A stretch of DNA of 64,000 bases from Coriobacteriaceae bacterium (lineage in GTDB: Bacteria > Bacillota_I > Bacilli_A > RFN20 > CAG-826), in NCBI GenBank assembly GCA_963612925.1, contig CAVDXG010000002.1, positions 5,543-69,542 on the forward strand, written 5' to 3'. Below are positions 28,451-37,432 of this stretch, piece after piece (position 1 is the stretch's first letter; every line of letters starts with the position of its first letter). Both the position numbers and the translations under genes were made by a program. Under the pieces are notes generated by a model that worked only from the letters and a program-made list of their open reading frames with translations, did no database searches and was not told the DNA's origin.

Positions 28451-30091
28451 TTAGTCAGCGTAGCAACTTCCTCCGATGAATTCGCGCATGAGTGAGTTGC
28501 ATGGAACCCATTCATCTGGCATATCATCAAAGTATTTAAGCATTCTAATTAGTCTTTCCGCGATTGGGAAATATGGATCGAATTGATCAATTGCTGTAAG
28601 AAGTGGCAAGGCATATTTTTTCATGACGCATAATTCGTATGAGAGCATGGAGTTATAGACATAATCCGCTCCTTCTTGCGTATCGTAAATCCATTTGAAT
28701 TCGCCTCGACGAACGCTTGGCCACATCGACATCGTCTCTTCTGCGCTGGCGGCTCTAAATTTGAAGTCGCGGACAATTCGGCGAAGAAGTCGAAGGTCGG
28801 TAATTGAAATTGGGTTGGTGTTATCGAGGTTGATTTGAGCTTGTGGAGCGATGAAGATTTTGAATTTTTGATGCTTTGGAATTAAAGTGGTCATTCTTTC
28901 ATTTAAAGCATGAATTCCTTCAATGATAATTGGCTCATTTTCGCCAACATGAAGAACTCTTCCAGGCACTCTTTTGCCTTGTTTAAAGTCGAATTTAGGA
29001 AGCTGGACAGTTTTTCCAGATATTAAATCGAGCATATCTTTGTTGAATAATTCAACATCTAAAGCTTCAATACTTTCTAAATCCGGTTTTCCATCTTCGT
29101 CGATTGGCGCAAGTGATTTTGGTAAGTAGTAGTCATCGATTGAGATTCTAATTGGTTTAATTCCACGACTTAATAGTTCGATTCTTAATCGATTTGCAAA
29201 GGTAGTTTTTCCTGACGAGGAAGGACCGGCGATGCAAATAAGACGGATATTAGAAATATCGCTTTCGATTAAGTCACCTAAGTGCGAGAGCATGCGGTTA
29301 TGACGCGCTTCGCAGAGTTGGATGAAATCGATGACGCCGTCTCTTTTAATGTGTTCGTTAATTCCTGCTACTGAATCTGCGCCGGCAATTTTGCCCCAAG
29401 CATGTGATTCCTTCAAGGTTTTGCCAAATGTTGGGGCATCCACGAACTCAGGAATGATTCCGCCACATTCAGCGCGAGGGTATTGAAGAATGATGCCAGG
29501 CTGATAAAGTTTGAGCTTGAATTCTTTTAAATATCCAGTGGATGGGACCATGTGAGAGAACATGTAGTTTAAATAGCCGTTGCAATCATATAAATGGATT
29601 GTTTTCTCTGGACGATATTTCAAAATATCGAGTTTATCTTCTAAATCGTTTTGTTTATAGACTTCTTTTGCTTCTTCTTTGCTGACGACAAAGCGTTTAA
29701 GAGGATAGTCCATATTCACAATGCGATGCATTTCTTTTTCGATTTTTGCCACCATGTCTAAATCACTTGATTTCTTGGTGTTGATTAGTTGAATAAAGAT
29801 TGATCTAGAGACGTTATAGCAAAGTCTAATCTTTAAATCTGGATAGACATTGTGAAAAGCCATCGCAGTAATAAAGCGAAGTGAAGCCTCATAAATTTTA
29901 ATGGCGTCAGTATCTTTAACGGTTAGAAATTCAACATTAGCGTCATAATAGACCTCATAGGTGAGTTCTCGAAGGCGGTTGTTGACTCTAGCACAGATGA
30001 CTGATTTATCATTATTTTCGATTAAATCTAATAATTTAACCTTTTTATCAAATTCTTTTTCTTGTCCTAAATATTTTAATTTAAATGACAT
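28451..30091 (-). CDS. Uridine-kinase-family nucleoside kinase with an N-terminal ThrRS/TGS-like extension
   Basis: P-loop IAGPSSSGKTTFANRL. The size (~547 aa) and architecture are typical of long Udk-like proteins in Bacillota. The start was chosen at MSFKLKYL (30091), which is preceded by GGAGGG. Confidence 0.7.
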   Translation of the reverse strand: MSFKLKYLGQEKEFDKKVKLLDLIENNDKSVICARVNNRLRELTYEVYYDANVEFLTVKDTDAIKIYEASLRFITAMAFHNVYPDLKIRLCYNVSRSIFIQLINTKKSSDLDMVAKIEKEMHRIVNMDYPLKRFVVSKEEAKEVYKQNDLEDKLDILKYRPEKTIHLYDCNGYLNYMFSHMVPSTGYLKEFKLKLYQPGIILQYPRAECGGIIPEFVDAPTFGKTLKESHAWGKIAGADSVAGINEHIKRDGVIDFIQLCEARHNRMLSHLGDLIESDISNIRLICIAGPSSSGKTTFANRLRIELLSRGIKPIRISIDDYYLPKSLAPIDEDGKPDLESIEALDVELFNKDMLDLISGKTVQLPKFDFKQGKRVPGRVLHVGENEPIIIEGIHALNERMTTLIPKHQKFKIFIAPQAQINLDNTNPISITDLRLLRRIVRDFKFRAASAEETMSMWPSVRRGEFKWIYDTQEGADYVYNSMLSYELCVMKKYALPLLTAIDQFDPYFPIAERLIRMLKYFDDMPDEWVPCNSLMREFIGGSCYAD

Positions 30092-30242
30092 ATTGTGCCC
30101 TCCAAGTAACGAAATTAAATATATATGAAAGCGCTTCAATATTCAAGATTGGAAAACGCAAAATAGTTCGCAATTTTAAAATGTTTGTTCAAATTGTTTA
30201 GATAAGTTCTATTTATATATTTATAAAGATATAATTTAATTC

Positions 30243-31709
30243 ATGGAAGAAAAGATAATAGTTATTGGAGGTGGCATAGGTGGATTAGCCTCCTCTATAG
30301 AAGCCTTAAAAAGAGGTTACGAAGTCCATTTGTTTGAGAAAAATCCTTGTTTAGGCGGACTTTGTTTTTCTTTCTTTAGAAAAAGTCACTATATCGATGG
30401 CTGTCTTCATTGGTTAACAGGCACAAAAGAAGGTACATTTTTGAATTCACTTTGGAAAGAATATGATGTGCTTAATGATGATGTTGAAATCATTAAATTA
30501 GATTCATTAGTTTCTTATAAAAATAAATTCCATCTTTATCGCAGTTATGAAAAAAGCGAGGAAGAATGGCTTAGAAACGCTTCTGAAGATGAAGAAGAGA
30601 TTCATCATTTTTTCAAAATGGCGAAGCGCTTCAGCATGCTTCAACTTGCTAGTTTAAATAGGCCGTATGAACTTTTATCTTCTGATGATGTTTATTCGAT
30701 GGTTAAGGAAAAATATCCGAAGTTATTGCCTTTTATAGATGAGTTAAGAATTTCTAGAAGTGAATACGCCTTAAGATTTAAAAATGCTGATTTGCGCTTT
30801 TTCATTGAAAATGCTCAAGTTGGCTATAACGATTTATTTTGCTTATTGTTTGTTTACACCAAGTTCGTGCAAGGCGATGTTGATATTCCTTCCGGCGGTT
30901 CTTTAAAGATGATTGAACGAATGAAAAAATTATTTTTATCTTTAAATGGAAAACTGCATTTAAACGAAGCAGTTGAAGAAATAATTGTCGATAAGGGAAC
31001 TGTCAAAGGAATTAAAACTAATAAGGGAAGCTATTATTCTAATTATGTAATTGCATCACTTGATCCTTTATATACATTAAAGGTATTGCTAAAAGGAAAA
31101 TTTCATTGTCCAAAATTAGAAGAGGCTTACCTTGATAAAAAAAATTACCCTCTTACCGGTGCTTTTCAATTAACTTTTCTTTTAAATGAAAACATCAATA
31201 TTTTTGAGGCCTCAAATGTTATAAAAACTGAACCGTTATTGATTGGCAAAAATGAATATGTTGCATCTCTACTAAGAAATTATTCATATGATAAGAAATA
31301 TTTTTCCAATAATGGAAAGACTATTCATCACATCTTTTTTAACCAAAATGAGGATGATTATCTCTTTTGGAAAAGTTTAGATCAAAAATATTACATGCAA
31401 GAAAAAGAAAGAATTGCTTTAGATATTCAAAAAGAATTGTTCAAACAATATCCTTCTTTAAAAGATAGTTTTGAAGTGATTGATATATTTACGCCTTTAA
31501 CTATTTCTAGATACACGAATGCCACTTGCGGGGCATATATGTCTTTTCCGGTTTTAGGCAAAAAGAATGCCATTTTTTATGATGGGAAAATAGAGGGATT
31601 AGCTAATTTTGTTTTTGCTAATCAATTTCTATCTTCTCCAGGTGGACTTCCTAACGCTTTGATAAACGGCAAATTAGCGGTCTCTAGATTATTAAATGAG
31701 CCTTTTTAA
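30243..31709 (+). CDS. FAD/NAD(P)-dependent oxidoreductase, phytoene desaturase (CrtI)-like family
   Basis: N-terminal IIVIGGGIGGLASS dinucleotide-binding motif. About 490 aa. Confidence 0.7.
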   Translation: MEEKIIVIGGGIGGLASSIEALKRGYEVHLFEKNPCLGGLCFSFFRKSHYIDGCLHWLTGTKEGTFLNSLWKEYDVLNDDVEIIKLDSLVSYKNKFHLYRSYEKSEEEWLRNASEDEEEIHHFFKMAKRFSMLQLASLNRPYELLSSDDVYSMVKEKYPKLLPFIDELRISRSEYALRFKNADLRFFIENAQVGYNDLFCLLFVYTKFVQGDVDIPSGGSLKMIERMKKLFLSLNGKLHLNEAVEEIIVDKGTVKGIKTNKGSYYSNYVIASLDPLYTLKVLLKGKFHCPKLEEAYLDKKNYPLTGAFQLTFLLNENINIFEASNVIKTEPLLIGKNEYVASLLRNYSYDKKYFSNNGKTIHHIFFNQNEDDYLFWKSLDQKYYMQEKERIALDIQKELFKQYPSLKDSFEVIDIFTPLTISRYTNATCGAYMSFPVLGKKNAIFYDGKIEGLANFVFANQFLSSPGGLPNALINGKLAVSRLLNEPF

Positions 31710-31717
31710 AGGTTGCA

Positions 31718-31778
31718 AAACCGGAATTTCCCGTGACTTTTAACCGGAATTTCCCGTGATGATTTCTTGAGTGTTATC
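31718..31778. repeat. 61-bp direct repeat, left copy, with an internal tandem pair of 18-mers AACCGGAATTTCCCGTGA
   Basis: It matches 33138-33198 with a single mismatch (31768 t versus 33188 c). The 18-mers lie at 31719-31736 and 31742-31759. Confidence 0.9.
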
Positions 31779-31799
31779 AACTTTTATTATTTCATGTTG

Positions 31800-33089
31800 C
31801 TAATCTTTGATGCAACCGATTGGAATGACTTTAACCCCTTCTTTGGAAGTCACGGCATATTCAGTAGCAGTAATAACAATTAATAGAGTAGGTTCAGGTA
31901 TTTCAACTTCTCCTTTTTTCAAATTATTGTTGTGATTAGTTATTAACTGCTTAACTTTTAGCATGTTATTTATGCCTTTTTGAACATTATTCCCACCTAG
32001 TTTTATTTCGATAAGAGCGTATCGGCCATCCTCAAGATGCAAAACTGCATCAACTTCTAAATCGAGTGAATCGTGGTAATGGGAAATATGCCCGTTAATT
32101 GCTTCTGAATATATTTTCATGTCGCGAAATACTAATGTTTCAAATAGATGACCGAGAGTGTCGAAATCTTTATTGAAATAATTTGGGCCTATTGCTAATG
32201 CTGCGATGGCAATAGAAGGGTCGATGAACATTCTTTTTTTAGCAGAACGCAAGTTTTTTTTAGAACGGATTTGCGGACACCACGCATCGATGTCTTCAAT
32301 TACATATAAATCTTTTAATTTAGAGACATATTCATCAAATGTTTCTTCAGAAAAGCCGAAAGCAAATGCGCTGTCGCCGAGCAATACATTTTTCTTTGCT
32401 AAAGTAGCAACATTTCTTGCATAACTTTTAAGGATGGCTTTTGTCCATTCTCCATTTCGTTTTTTCTCATCTATGCTCGAGATGTCTTCAGTGTATATTT
32501 GCTTAAAGTAATCTTTAGCAACTACTAATTGAGCTTCTTTATTTTTAATTGCTAATGTTTTTGGCCAGCCGCCACGACACATTGCAAATATTAAATCATC
32601 CATAGATAAATCGCTTTTGATGCCATCGATGTCTAAAGTGGGATTATCGAAAAGTTCTTTTAATGATATTTTTCCATTAGATTCGCTTGTCTCATATAAA
32701 GACATTGGAAGCATCTCGATTGTAGCTATACGAGCTGTGCCTGTGTGAGCAACTTTTACTTTTTTTGATGATGAACCTGTTAAATAAAATTCGCCAAAGC
32801 AGGAATCTTTGTCGGATTCAGAACGAACGAGGTTCCATACTGATGGAGCATCTTGCCATTCATCAAAAAGAATTGGTTTTTCATTTTTTAGAAATGTAGA
32901 AGGTTTTATTGAGGCGATATTTAAATAATCTCTCCTTAAATCTGGATCTTGAAAAGCGATCACAGTTTTGCAACGCTCTTGAGCGGTTCTTGTTTTTCCT
33001 GAGCCTTTTGGACCTAAGATATTAATCCCGCCCATGGCTTGAGAATATAGATCGATTTTCTTATCAATTATTCTTTTTTTGTATTCCAT
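31800..33089 (-). CDS. AAA-type ATPase with a DUF4143-like C-terminal domain carrying a PD-(D/E)xK-like motif
   Basis: Walker A GPKGSGKT, Walker B-like ILFDEWQD, and C-terminal DLEVDAVLHLEDGRYALIEIKLGG. Its own SD (AGGAGG) and TATAAT lie upstream. Confidence 0.8.
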   Translation of the reverse strand: MEYKKRIIDKKIDLYSQAMGGINILGPKGSGKTRTAQERCKTVIAFQDPDLRRDYLNIASIKPSTFLKNEKPILFDEWQDAPSVWNLVRSESDKDSCFGEFYLTGSSSKKVKVAHTGTARIATIEMLPMSLYETSESNGKISLKELFDNPTLDIDGIKSDLSMDDLIFAMCRGGWPKTLAIKNKEAQLVVAKDYFKQIYTEDISSIDEKKRNGEWTKAILKSYARNVATLAKKNVLLGDSAFAFGFSEETFDEYVSKLKDLYVIEDIDAWCPQIRSKKNLRSAKKRMFIDPSIAIAALAIGPNYFNKDFDTLGHLFETLVFRDMKIYSEAINGHISHYHDSLDLEVDAVLHLEDGRYALIEIKLGGNNVQKGINNMLKVKQLITNHNNNLKKGEVEIPEPTLLIVITATEYAVTSKEGVKVIPIGCIKD

Positions 33090-33137
33090 ACGAGCTTCCT
33101 CCTAAATTATATGAATTTTAAATGATCAAAACAATAT

Positions 33138-33198
33138 AAACCGGAATTTCCCGTGACTTTTAACCGGAATTTCCCGTGATGATTTCTCGAGTGTTATC
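33138..33198. repeat. 61-bp direct repeat, right copy
   Basis: See the left copy. The 18-mers lie at 33139-33156 and 33162-33179. Confidence 0.9.
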
Positions 33199-33428
33199 GA
33201 TATTTTTATTTTTTTGAGGCAATTTTTTTGATACATTTTTGTTTCGAATTTGGAAGTATTATAATTTTGCAAATTTATATGATGAAAACGCGAGTAGATT
33301 AGCTCTTTAAAAACGATGAAATTAAATGAATTATTGTGCTAATCAAGGAAATTAATTTATTGAATTATTCAATTAAAAATATTGAGATGATACAATAATC
33401 ACGGCTAAAGTTTAGGAGATAGATTTTT

Positions 33429-34637
33429 ATGAGTAAAAAAGCAATGGTTTACATTCAAAGTGGTGGTCCAACTTCGGTTATTAATTCCTCCCTTTATGGA
33501 GCAATTATCGAAGCTAAGAAACACGGCGATAAAATCGATAATATTTATGGTTCGCTTTACGGAATTGAAGGACTATTAACTGATGATTTAATTGACTTGA
33601 ACAAAGAAGATGAAAAAACAATTGAATTGTTGAAACAGACTCCAGGTTCAGTTTTAGGAACAAGTAGACATAAACTGCCAAAAGATTATCATCACGAAGA
33701 ATATCAAGAAATTATTAAAACTCTTAAAAAGCATAACATCGGTTATGTCTTTGTTAATGGCGGGAATGATTCGATGGATACTTGCTATAAGCTATCTGAA
33801 TTATGCAAAGAACTCAACCTTGATATCAAAGTTATGGGCGTGCCTAAAACAGTTGATAATGACTTAGCAGAAACTGACCATTCTAACGGATTTGGTAGCG
33901 CAGCTAAATACATTGTTAACACTGTGAAAGAGATTTGTGTTGACGCCAAATGCTATAAAAAAGGAAAAGTTTATATCATTGAAATTATGGGTAGAAATGC
34001 TGGCTGGTTAACAGCTTCTGTTGACTTACTTGAAGGAGAAAATCGACCAGATTTGATTTATCTACCTGAAAATAAATTTGATTTAGACCGCTTTTTAGAT
34101 GATGTTAAGAAATTATTTAATAAGAAAGGTAACGCGATTGTTGCTGTTAGCGAAGGCATTAATTTTGAGCGAGATGAAAGCAATGTTCGCGTTGATTCAT
34201 TTGGCCATAAGCAACTCGGCGGAGCCGGTTATGATTTAGCTAAAATTGTCGAGAGTAGACTAGATTTGCCTACTAGATCAATTGAATTGTCGTTGCCTCA
34301 AAGAGCTTATTCATTTTTGACTAGCAAAGTCGACCAAGATGAAGCGATTATGTGCGGAAAACTTGCAGTTATCAAAGCTTTAGAAGGTGTAAGCGGAAAA
34401 ATGATCGCCATCAAAAGAGTGAGTTCAAGCCCTTGCACTGTTAGATATGAAGATGTTGATATTTCTAAAATCGCCAATGTCGAAAGAGTGGTTCCTTCTT
34501 CAATGATGGTTGACGACACAAAAATGGCGCCTTCATTTAAAGAATATTGCCTTCCTTTAATTCAAGGCGAGATAGTAGTTGAATACGAAAATGGCATCAT
34601 CAAAAGTGCGCAGTTAAAGAAGATAAAAGTTAACTAG
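33429..34637 (+). CDS. pfp: 6-phosphofructokinase, probably PPi-dependent
   Basis: SGGPTSVINS, GGNDS, PKTVDNDL and MGRNAGWLTA are PFK family motifs. Asp at the Gly104-equivalent position and Lys in PKTVDND are the residues associated with PPi use. Confidence 0.8.
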   Translation: MSKKAMVYIQSGGPTSVINSSLYGAIIEAKKHGDKIDNIYGSLYGIEGLLTDDLIDLNKEDEKTIELLKQTPGSVLGTSRHKLPKDYHHEEYQEIIKTLKKHNIGYVFVNGGNDSMDTCYKLSELCKELNLDIKVMGVPKTVDNDLAETDHSNGFGSAAKYIVNTVKEICVDAKCYKKGKVYIIEIMGRNAGWLTASVDLLEGENRPDLIYLPENKFDLDRFLDDVKKLFNKKGNAIVAVSEGINFERDESNVRVDSFGHKQLGGAGYDLAKIVESRLDLPTRSIELSLPQRAYSFLTSKVDQDEAIMCGKLAVIKALEGVSGKMIAIKRVSSSPCTVRYEDVDISKIANVERVVPSSMMVDDTKMAPSFKEYCLPLIQGEIVVEYENGIIKSAQLKKIKVN

Positions 34638-34642
34638 AATTA

Positions 34643-34669
34643 ATCGGGCCAAACGGCTCGATTTTGTTT
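34643..34669 (+). terminator. Intrinsic terminator after pfk
   Basis: ATCGGGCC-aaac-GGCTCGAT forms 8 bp including one G.U pair, followed by TTTTGTTT. Confidence 0.55.
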
Positions 34670-34715
34670 AAAATCAGACGTATTATTCATAGGCGTTCAT
34701 TCTTTCATTTTTCTT

Positions 34716-34744
34716 TTGACAAGCCGGTTTATTATTTAGATAAT
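34716..34744 (+). promoter_or_regulatory. Candidate sigma-A promoter of the atp operon
   Basis: TTGACA (34716-34721), a 17-nt spacer, then GATAAT (34739-34744), 25 nt upstream of atpI. Confidence 0.4.
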
Positions 34745-34769
34745 ATTCATTGCTTAAAAAGAAAAAATT

Positions 34770-35249
34770 ATGAAAAAATTCTTAGATAAATTAAACGAAT
34801 TAGAAAAGATGCTCATCCTTGCTTTGTTAGTAGGTGTTATTTTGATGCTTTTTTCACTAATTCCTTTATTCGTAGTTAAGCAACCTGGCTGGTTAATCGG
34901 CATCGCCATTGGAACTATTATCGGGATTATCAATATTTATCTCACCTATTATGGCTCAGAAGTGGCATTAAAAACTTTTAAGACTTATTCGTTTTTGCTG
35001 TTTTATTTTCTAAGAGCGATTCTTGTTATCATCGCTTTAGTAGTTACAGCCATGTTTCAATTTGGCTTTTCAGTTGGCGAGACTAGCTATGTTGAAGCTG
35101 TTTCAGCCTTTAATTTCTCTTTATGGGGCTTTTTAATTGGCTATTTTCCGATGAAGATTGTAATGATTATCACGATGGCGAAAAGTAAAACTAACTCTGT
35201 CACCATCTCTGATAATTTGCATAAAGACAAGGAGAAGAAAGATGAATAG
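34770..35249 (+). CDS. atpI: AtpI-like small membrane protein
   Basis: Four hydrophobic helices. It sits immediately upstream of atpB and overlaps it. Confidence 0.5.
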   Translation: MKKFLDKLNELEKMLILALLVGVILMLFSLIPLFVVKQPGWLIGIAIGTIIGIINIYLTYYGSEVALKTFKTYSFLLFYFLRAILVIIALVVTAMFQFGFSVGETSYVEAVSAFNFSLWGFLIGYFPMKIVMIITMAKSKTNSVTISDNLHKDKEKKDE

Positions 35250-36024
35250 CTTCTTCTTAACTGATCTCATTGGGCCAGATAATTTAAAATTTGCGCCAAA
35301 TTTAGAGACGCTTATTTGCATTGCTATTTGCTTTGTATTGGCAATTGTTTTTATCGTTGTCGGCATCATCGCTCGTCACGCCGACTATAAGAAAAGTCCA
35401 AAAGGATTGCTTTTCCTTTTCGATTTTGCTGTTGAAAAGATTGATAATTTCACCAGCGATACGATGGGGCCGGGATTTGAAAATTTCGGCGGAATTTTAT
35501 TAGGTATCATCTGTTTTCTCTTTTTCAATTTCATTATTGGACTGACAGGTTTGCCTACTCCGATGGCTTATCTTCCAGTTCCTTTATCGCTTGGTTTATT
35601 TACCTTTTTGATGATTCACTTCACGGCGATGAAGGAAAACAAATTCAAATATTTCAAACGCTTTATCGACCCTTTTCCAATCTTTTTGCCTGCCAACTTA
35701 TTAAGCATGTGGGCTCCGCTTCTTTCGCTCACACTTCGTCTATTTGGCAATGCAGTTGTTGGTTGGGTCTTGCTCGCACTTATTAACTGGGCACTTGAAA
35801 ATGCTTCAGCGATGATTCTAATGGGCAGTGTTGGTTCGGCTAGCGATTTATTATTAGTTCCAATCGCAACTCCGTTGCTACATGCTTATTTTGATGTTTT
35901 CTCAACTTGTATTCAAACATTGGTGTTTACTTTCTTAACAGCTTTGTTTGTCGCTCAAGAAAAATCAGAACCAGAAGAAGAAGTTGCTTTAGGTTCTAGA
36001 AAGGAGGCTATTGAACATGACTGA
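35242..36024 (+). CDS. atpB: F0F1 ATP synthase subunit a
   Basis: LSLTLRLFGNAVVG contains the conserved Arg of subunit a. Operon position agrees. Confidence 0.9.
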   Translation: MNSFFLTDLIGPDNLKFAPNLETLICIAICFVLAIVFIVVGIIARHADYKKSPKGLLFLFDFAVEKIDNFTSDTMGPGFENFGGILLGIICFLFFNFIIGLTGLPTPMAYLPVPLSLGLFTFLMIHFTAMKENKFKYFKRFIDPFPIFLPANLLSMWAPLLSLTLRLFGNAVVGWVLLALINWALENASAMILMGSVGSASDLLLVPIATPLLHAYFDVFSTCIQTLVFTFLTALFVAQEKSEPEEEVALGSRKEAIEHD

Positions 36025-36262
36025 TTTAGGTATGATCGCTCTTGCAGCCGCTATCTCGATTTTCTCATCAGGTTGTTCTTCAATTGGTGAAGCTATGCTT
36101 ATCACTAAAGCTATTGAAGGCATGGCTAGAAATCCAGAAGCTAGCAAGACACTTCGTTCTAACATGATCATCGGTACTGCTCTTGTTGAAACTTGTGGTA
36201 TCTATGCTTTGTTAGTGTCCATCTTACTCATCTTCGTGATGCCTGGTAACATCGTTCATTAA
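36017..36262 (+). CDS. atpE: F0F1 ATP synthase subunit c
   Basis: EGMARNPEA loop and the ion-binding Glu in TALVETCGIYALL. ATG 36017 is well spaced from AAGGAGG (36001-36007). The TTG at 36011 is too close to that SD. Confidence 0.9.
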   Translation: MTDLGMIALAAAISIFSSGCSSIGEAMLITKAIEGMARNPEASKTLRSNMIIGTALVETCGIYALLVSILLIFVMPGNIVH

Positions 36263-36293
36263 TTTTTGTTCATCAATTTTTAGGAGGGCTTTT

Positions 36294-36881
36294 ATGAAAA
36301 AAAGAATACGAAGTATTTCTCTTCTTGCTTTGTTTTCTTTAACTCTATCTTCTTGCTCAGAAGTACCTTTTAAAACTGAAGATTTTACTAGCCGTATTTT
36401 CTTCAATTTATGGGATTTCTTAGCGGTCTTTTTAGCGTTTATCATCTTAGTGGTGGTCGGCTTCTTTTTCGCTTATAAGCCAGTGAAAGCTTTTATTCAA
36501 AAGCGAAAAGATTACATCGATAACAACATTAAAACTGCTGAAGAAAGAGAAAAGAAATCGCAAAATATTGTCTCTGAAGCTGAAGCTATTAAATCTGATA
36601 GCAAAAAAGTGGCAATTGAAACTGTTAAAAAAGCTCAAGATGATGCCTTAAAAGAAAAGGAAATCATTTTAGAAAGTGCCAAAGAAGAGGCTAAACAAAT
36701 TAAGATAACTGCCCAAAAAGAAATTGAACAAGAAATTGAAGCTAGCAAAGACGAGATTCATTCCAATATCGTCGATGTAGCCTTAGATGCATCCAAGAAA
36801 ATACTTGACCGTGAAATAAATGAAGACGATAACCGAAAACTTGTCGAAGATTTTGTTTCCGATATTAGAAAGGATAATTGA
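36294..36881 (+). CDS. atpF: F0F1 ATP synthase subunit b, with a lipoprotein-type signal
   Basis: One TM helix plus a long charged helix. The N-terminus MKKRIRSISLLALFSLTLSSC carries a lipobox. Confidence 0.85.
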   Translation: MKKRIRSISLLALFSLTLSSCSEVPFKTEDFTSRIFFNLWDFLAVFLAFIILVVVGFFFAYKPVKAFIQKRKDYIDNNIKTAEEREKKSQNIVSEAEAIKSDSKKVAIETVKKAQDDALKEKEIILESAKEEAKQIKITAQKEIEQEIEASKDEIHSNIVDVALDASKKILDREINEDDNRKLVEDFVSDIRKDN

Positions 36882-37432
36882 TGGATTCGTTAGCTTTAAG
36901 ATACGCTAGAGCCCTCTTTTCTATCGCAAAAGATGAAAAGAAAGTTTTAGCCTACAAAGAAGCGATGAATTATCTTGAAGACTATTTTGTTCAAAATAGT
37001 GAAGTTGACACTTATTTAAAATCTTATTTCGTGTCTGAAAAAGATAAATACGATGTCATCGATAAAATTACTAAGCAATTTGAATTAGTTAATTTATCAT
37101 CATTTATCAAATTGTTGGTTAAAAAACATCGATTTGATGTCTTTAGATATATCGAAAAAGAATTCATTAAATTAGCTAACGAAGAACTCGGAATTTATTC
37201 TGGCATAGTCTACTCGACTATTCCTTTGTCTAAAAAAGAAATTGCTTCTATTGAAGAGGCGATATCAATAAAAGAGAAACAAAAAGTTGAACTCATTAAC
37301 AAAATCGATGAAAAGCTTATCGGCGGAGTCAAAGTTGCTATCGCGGATAAAGTTTATGATGGATCGGTTAAAAACAAATTAGAGATTTTAAAATCTCAAC
37401 TTAGCGAAAGGAGAACAATAAATGAATATTAA
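36881..37432 (+). CDS. atpH: F0F1 ATP synthase subunit delta
   Basis: [13 protein letters not shown] start typical of OSCP/delta. TGATG overlap with atpF. Confidence 0.85.
   Translation: MDSLALRYARALFSIAKDEKKVLAYKEAMNYLEDYFVQNSEVDTYLKSYFVSEKDKYDVIDKITKQFELVNLSSFIKLLVKKHRFDVFRYIEKEFIKLANEELGIYSGIVYSTIPLSKKEIASIEEAISIKEKQKVELINKIDEKLIGGVKVAIADKVYDGSVKNKLEILKSQLSERRTINEY

Larger units (their letters stand above)
31779..33198. mobile_element. Putative 1420-bp insertion cassette (one repeat copy plus the ATPase gene). No recombinase is encoded.
   Basis: Direct repeats abut the unrelated flanking genes. The left copy starts 9 nt after the CrtI-like gene's stop, and the right copy precedes the pfk promoter region. 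Confidence 0.3.

Noticed and set aside
30092-30139. N-terminal extension MKRFHIYLISLLGGHN of the nucleoside kinase
   Set aside because: The internal ATG at 30091 is preceded by GGAGGG at good spacing. The extension contains that SD sequence itself.
30230-30245. Possible leaderless mRNA for the CrtI-like gene (TATAAT at 30230-30235, 7 nt before the ATG, with no SD)
   Set aside because: TATAAT-like hexamers occur by chance in this AT-rich DNA, and the -35 (TTCTAT) is poor. This cannot be supported without 5'-end mapping.
33360-33372. Palindrome TTGAAT-T-ATTCAA upstream of pfk considered as a catabolite-control (cre) site
   Set aside because: It does not fit the cre consensus (TGWAANCGNTNWCA, which needs a central CG). 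It is AT-only and could arise by chance.
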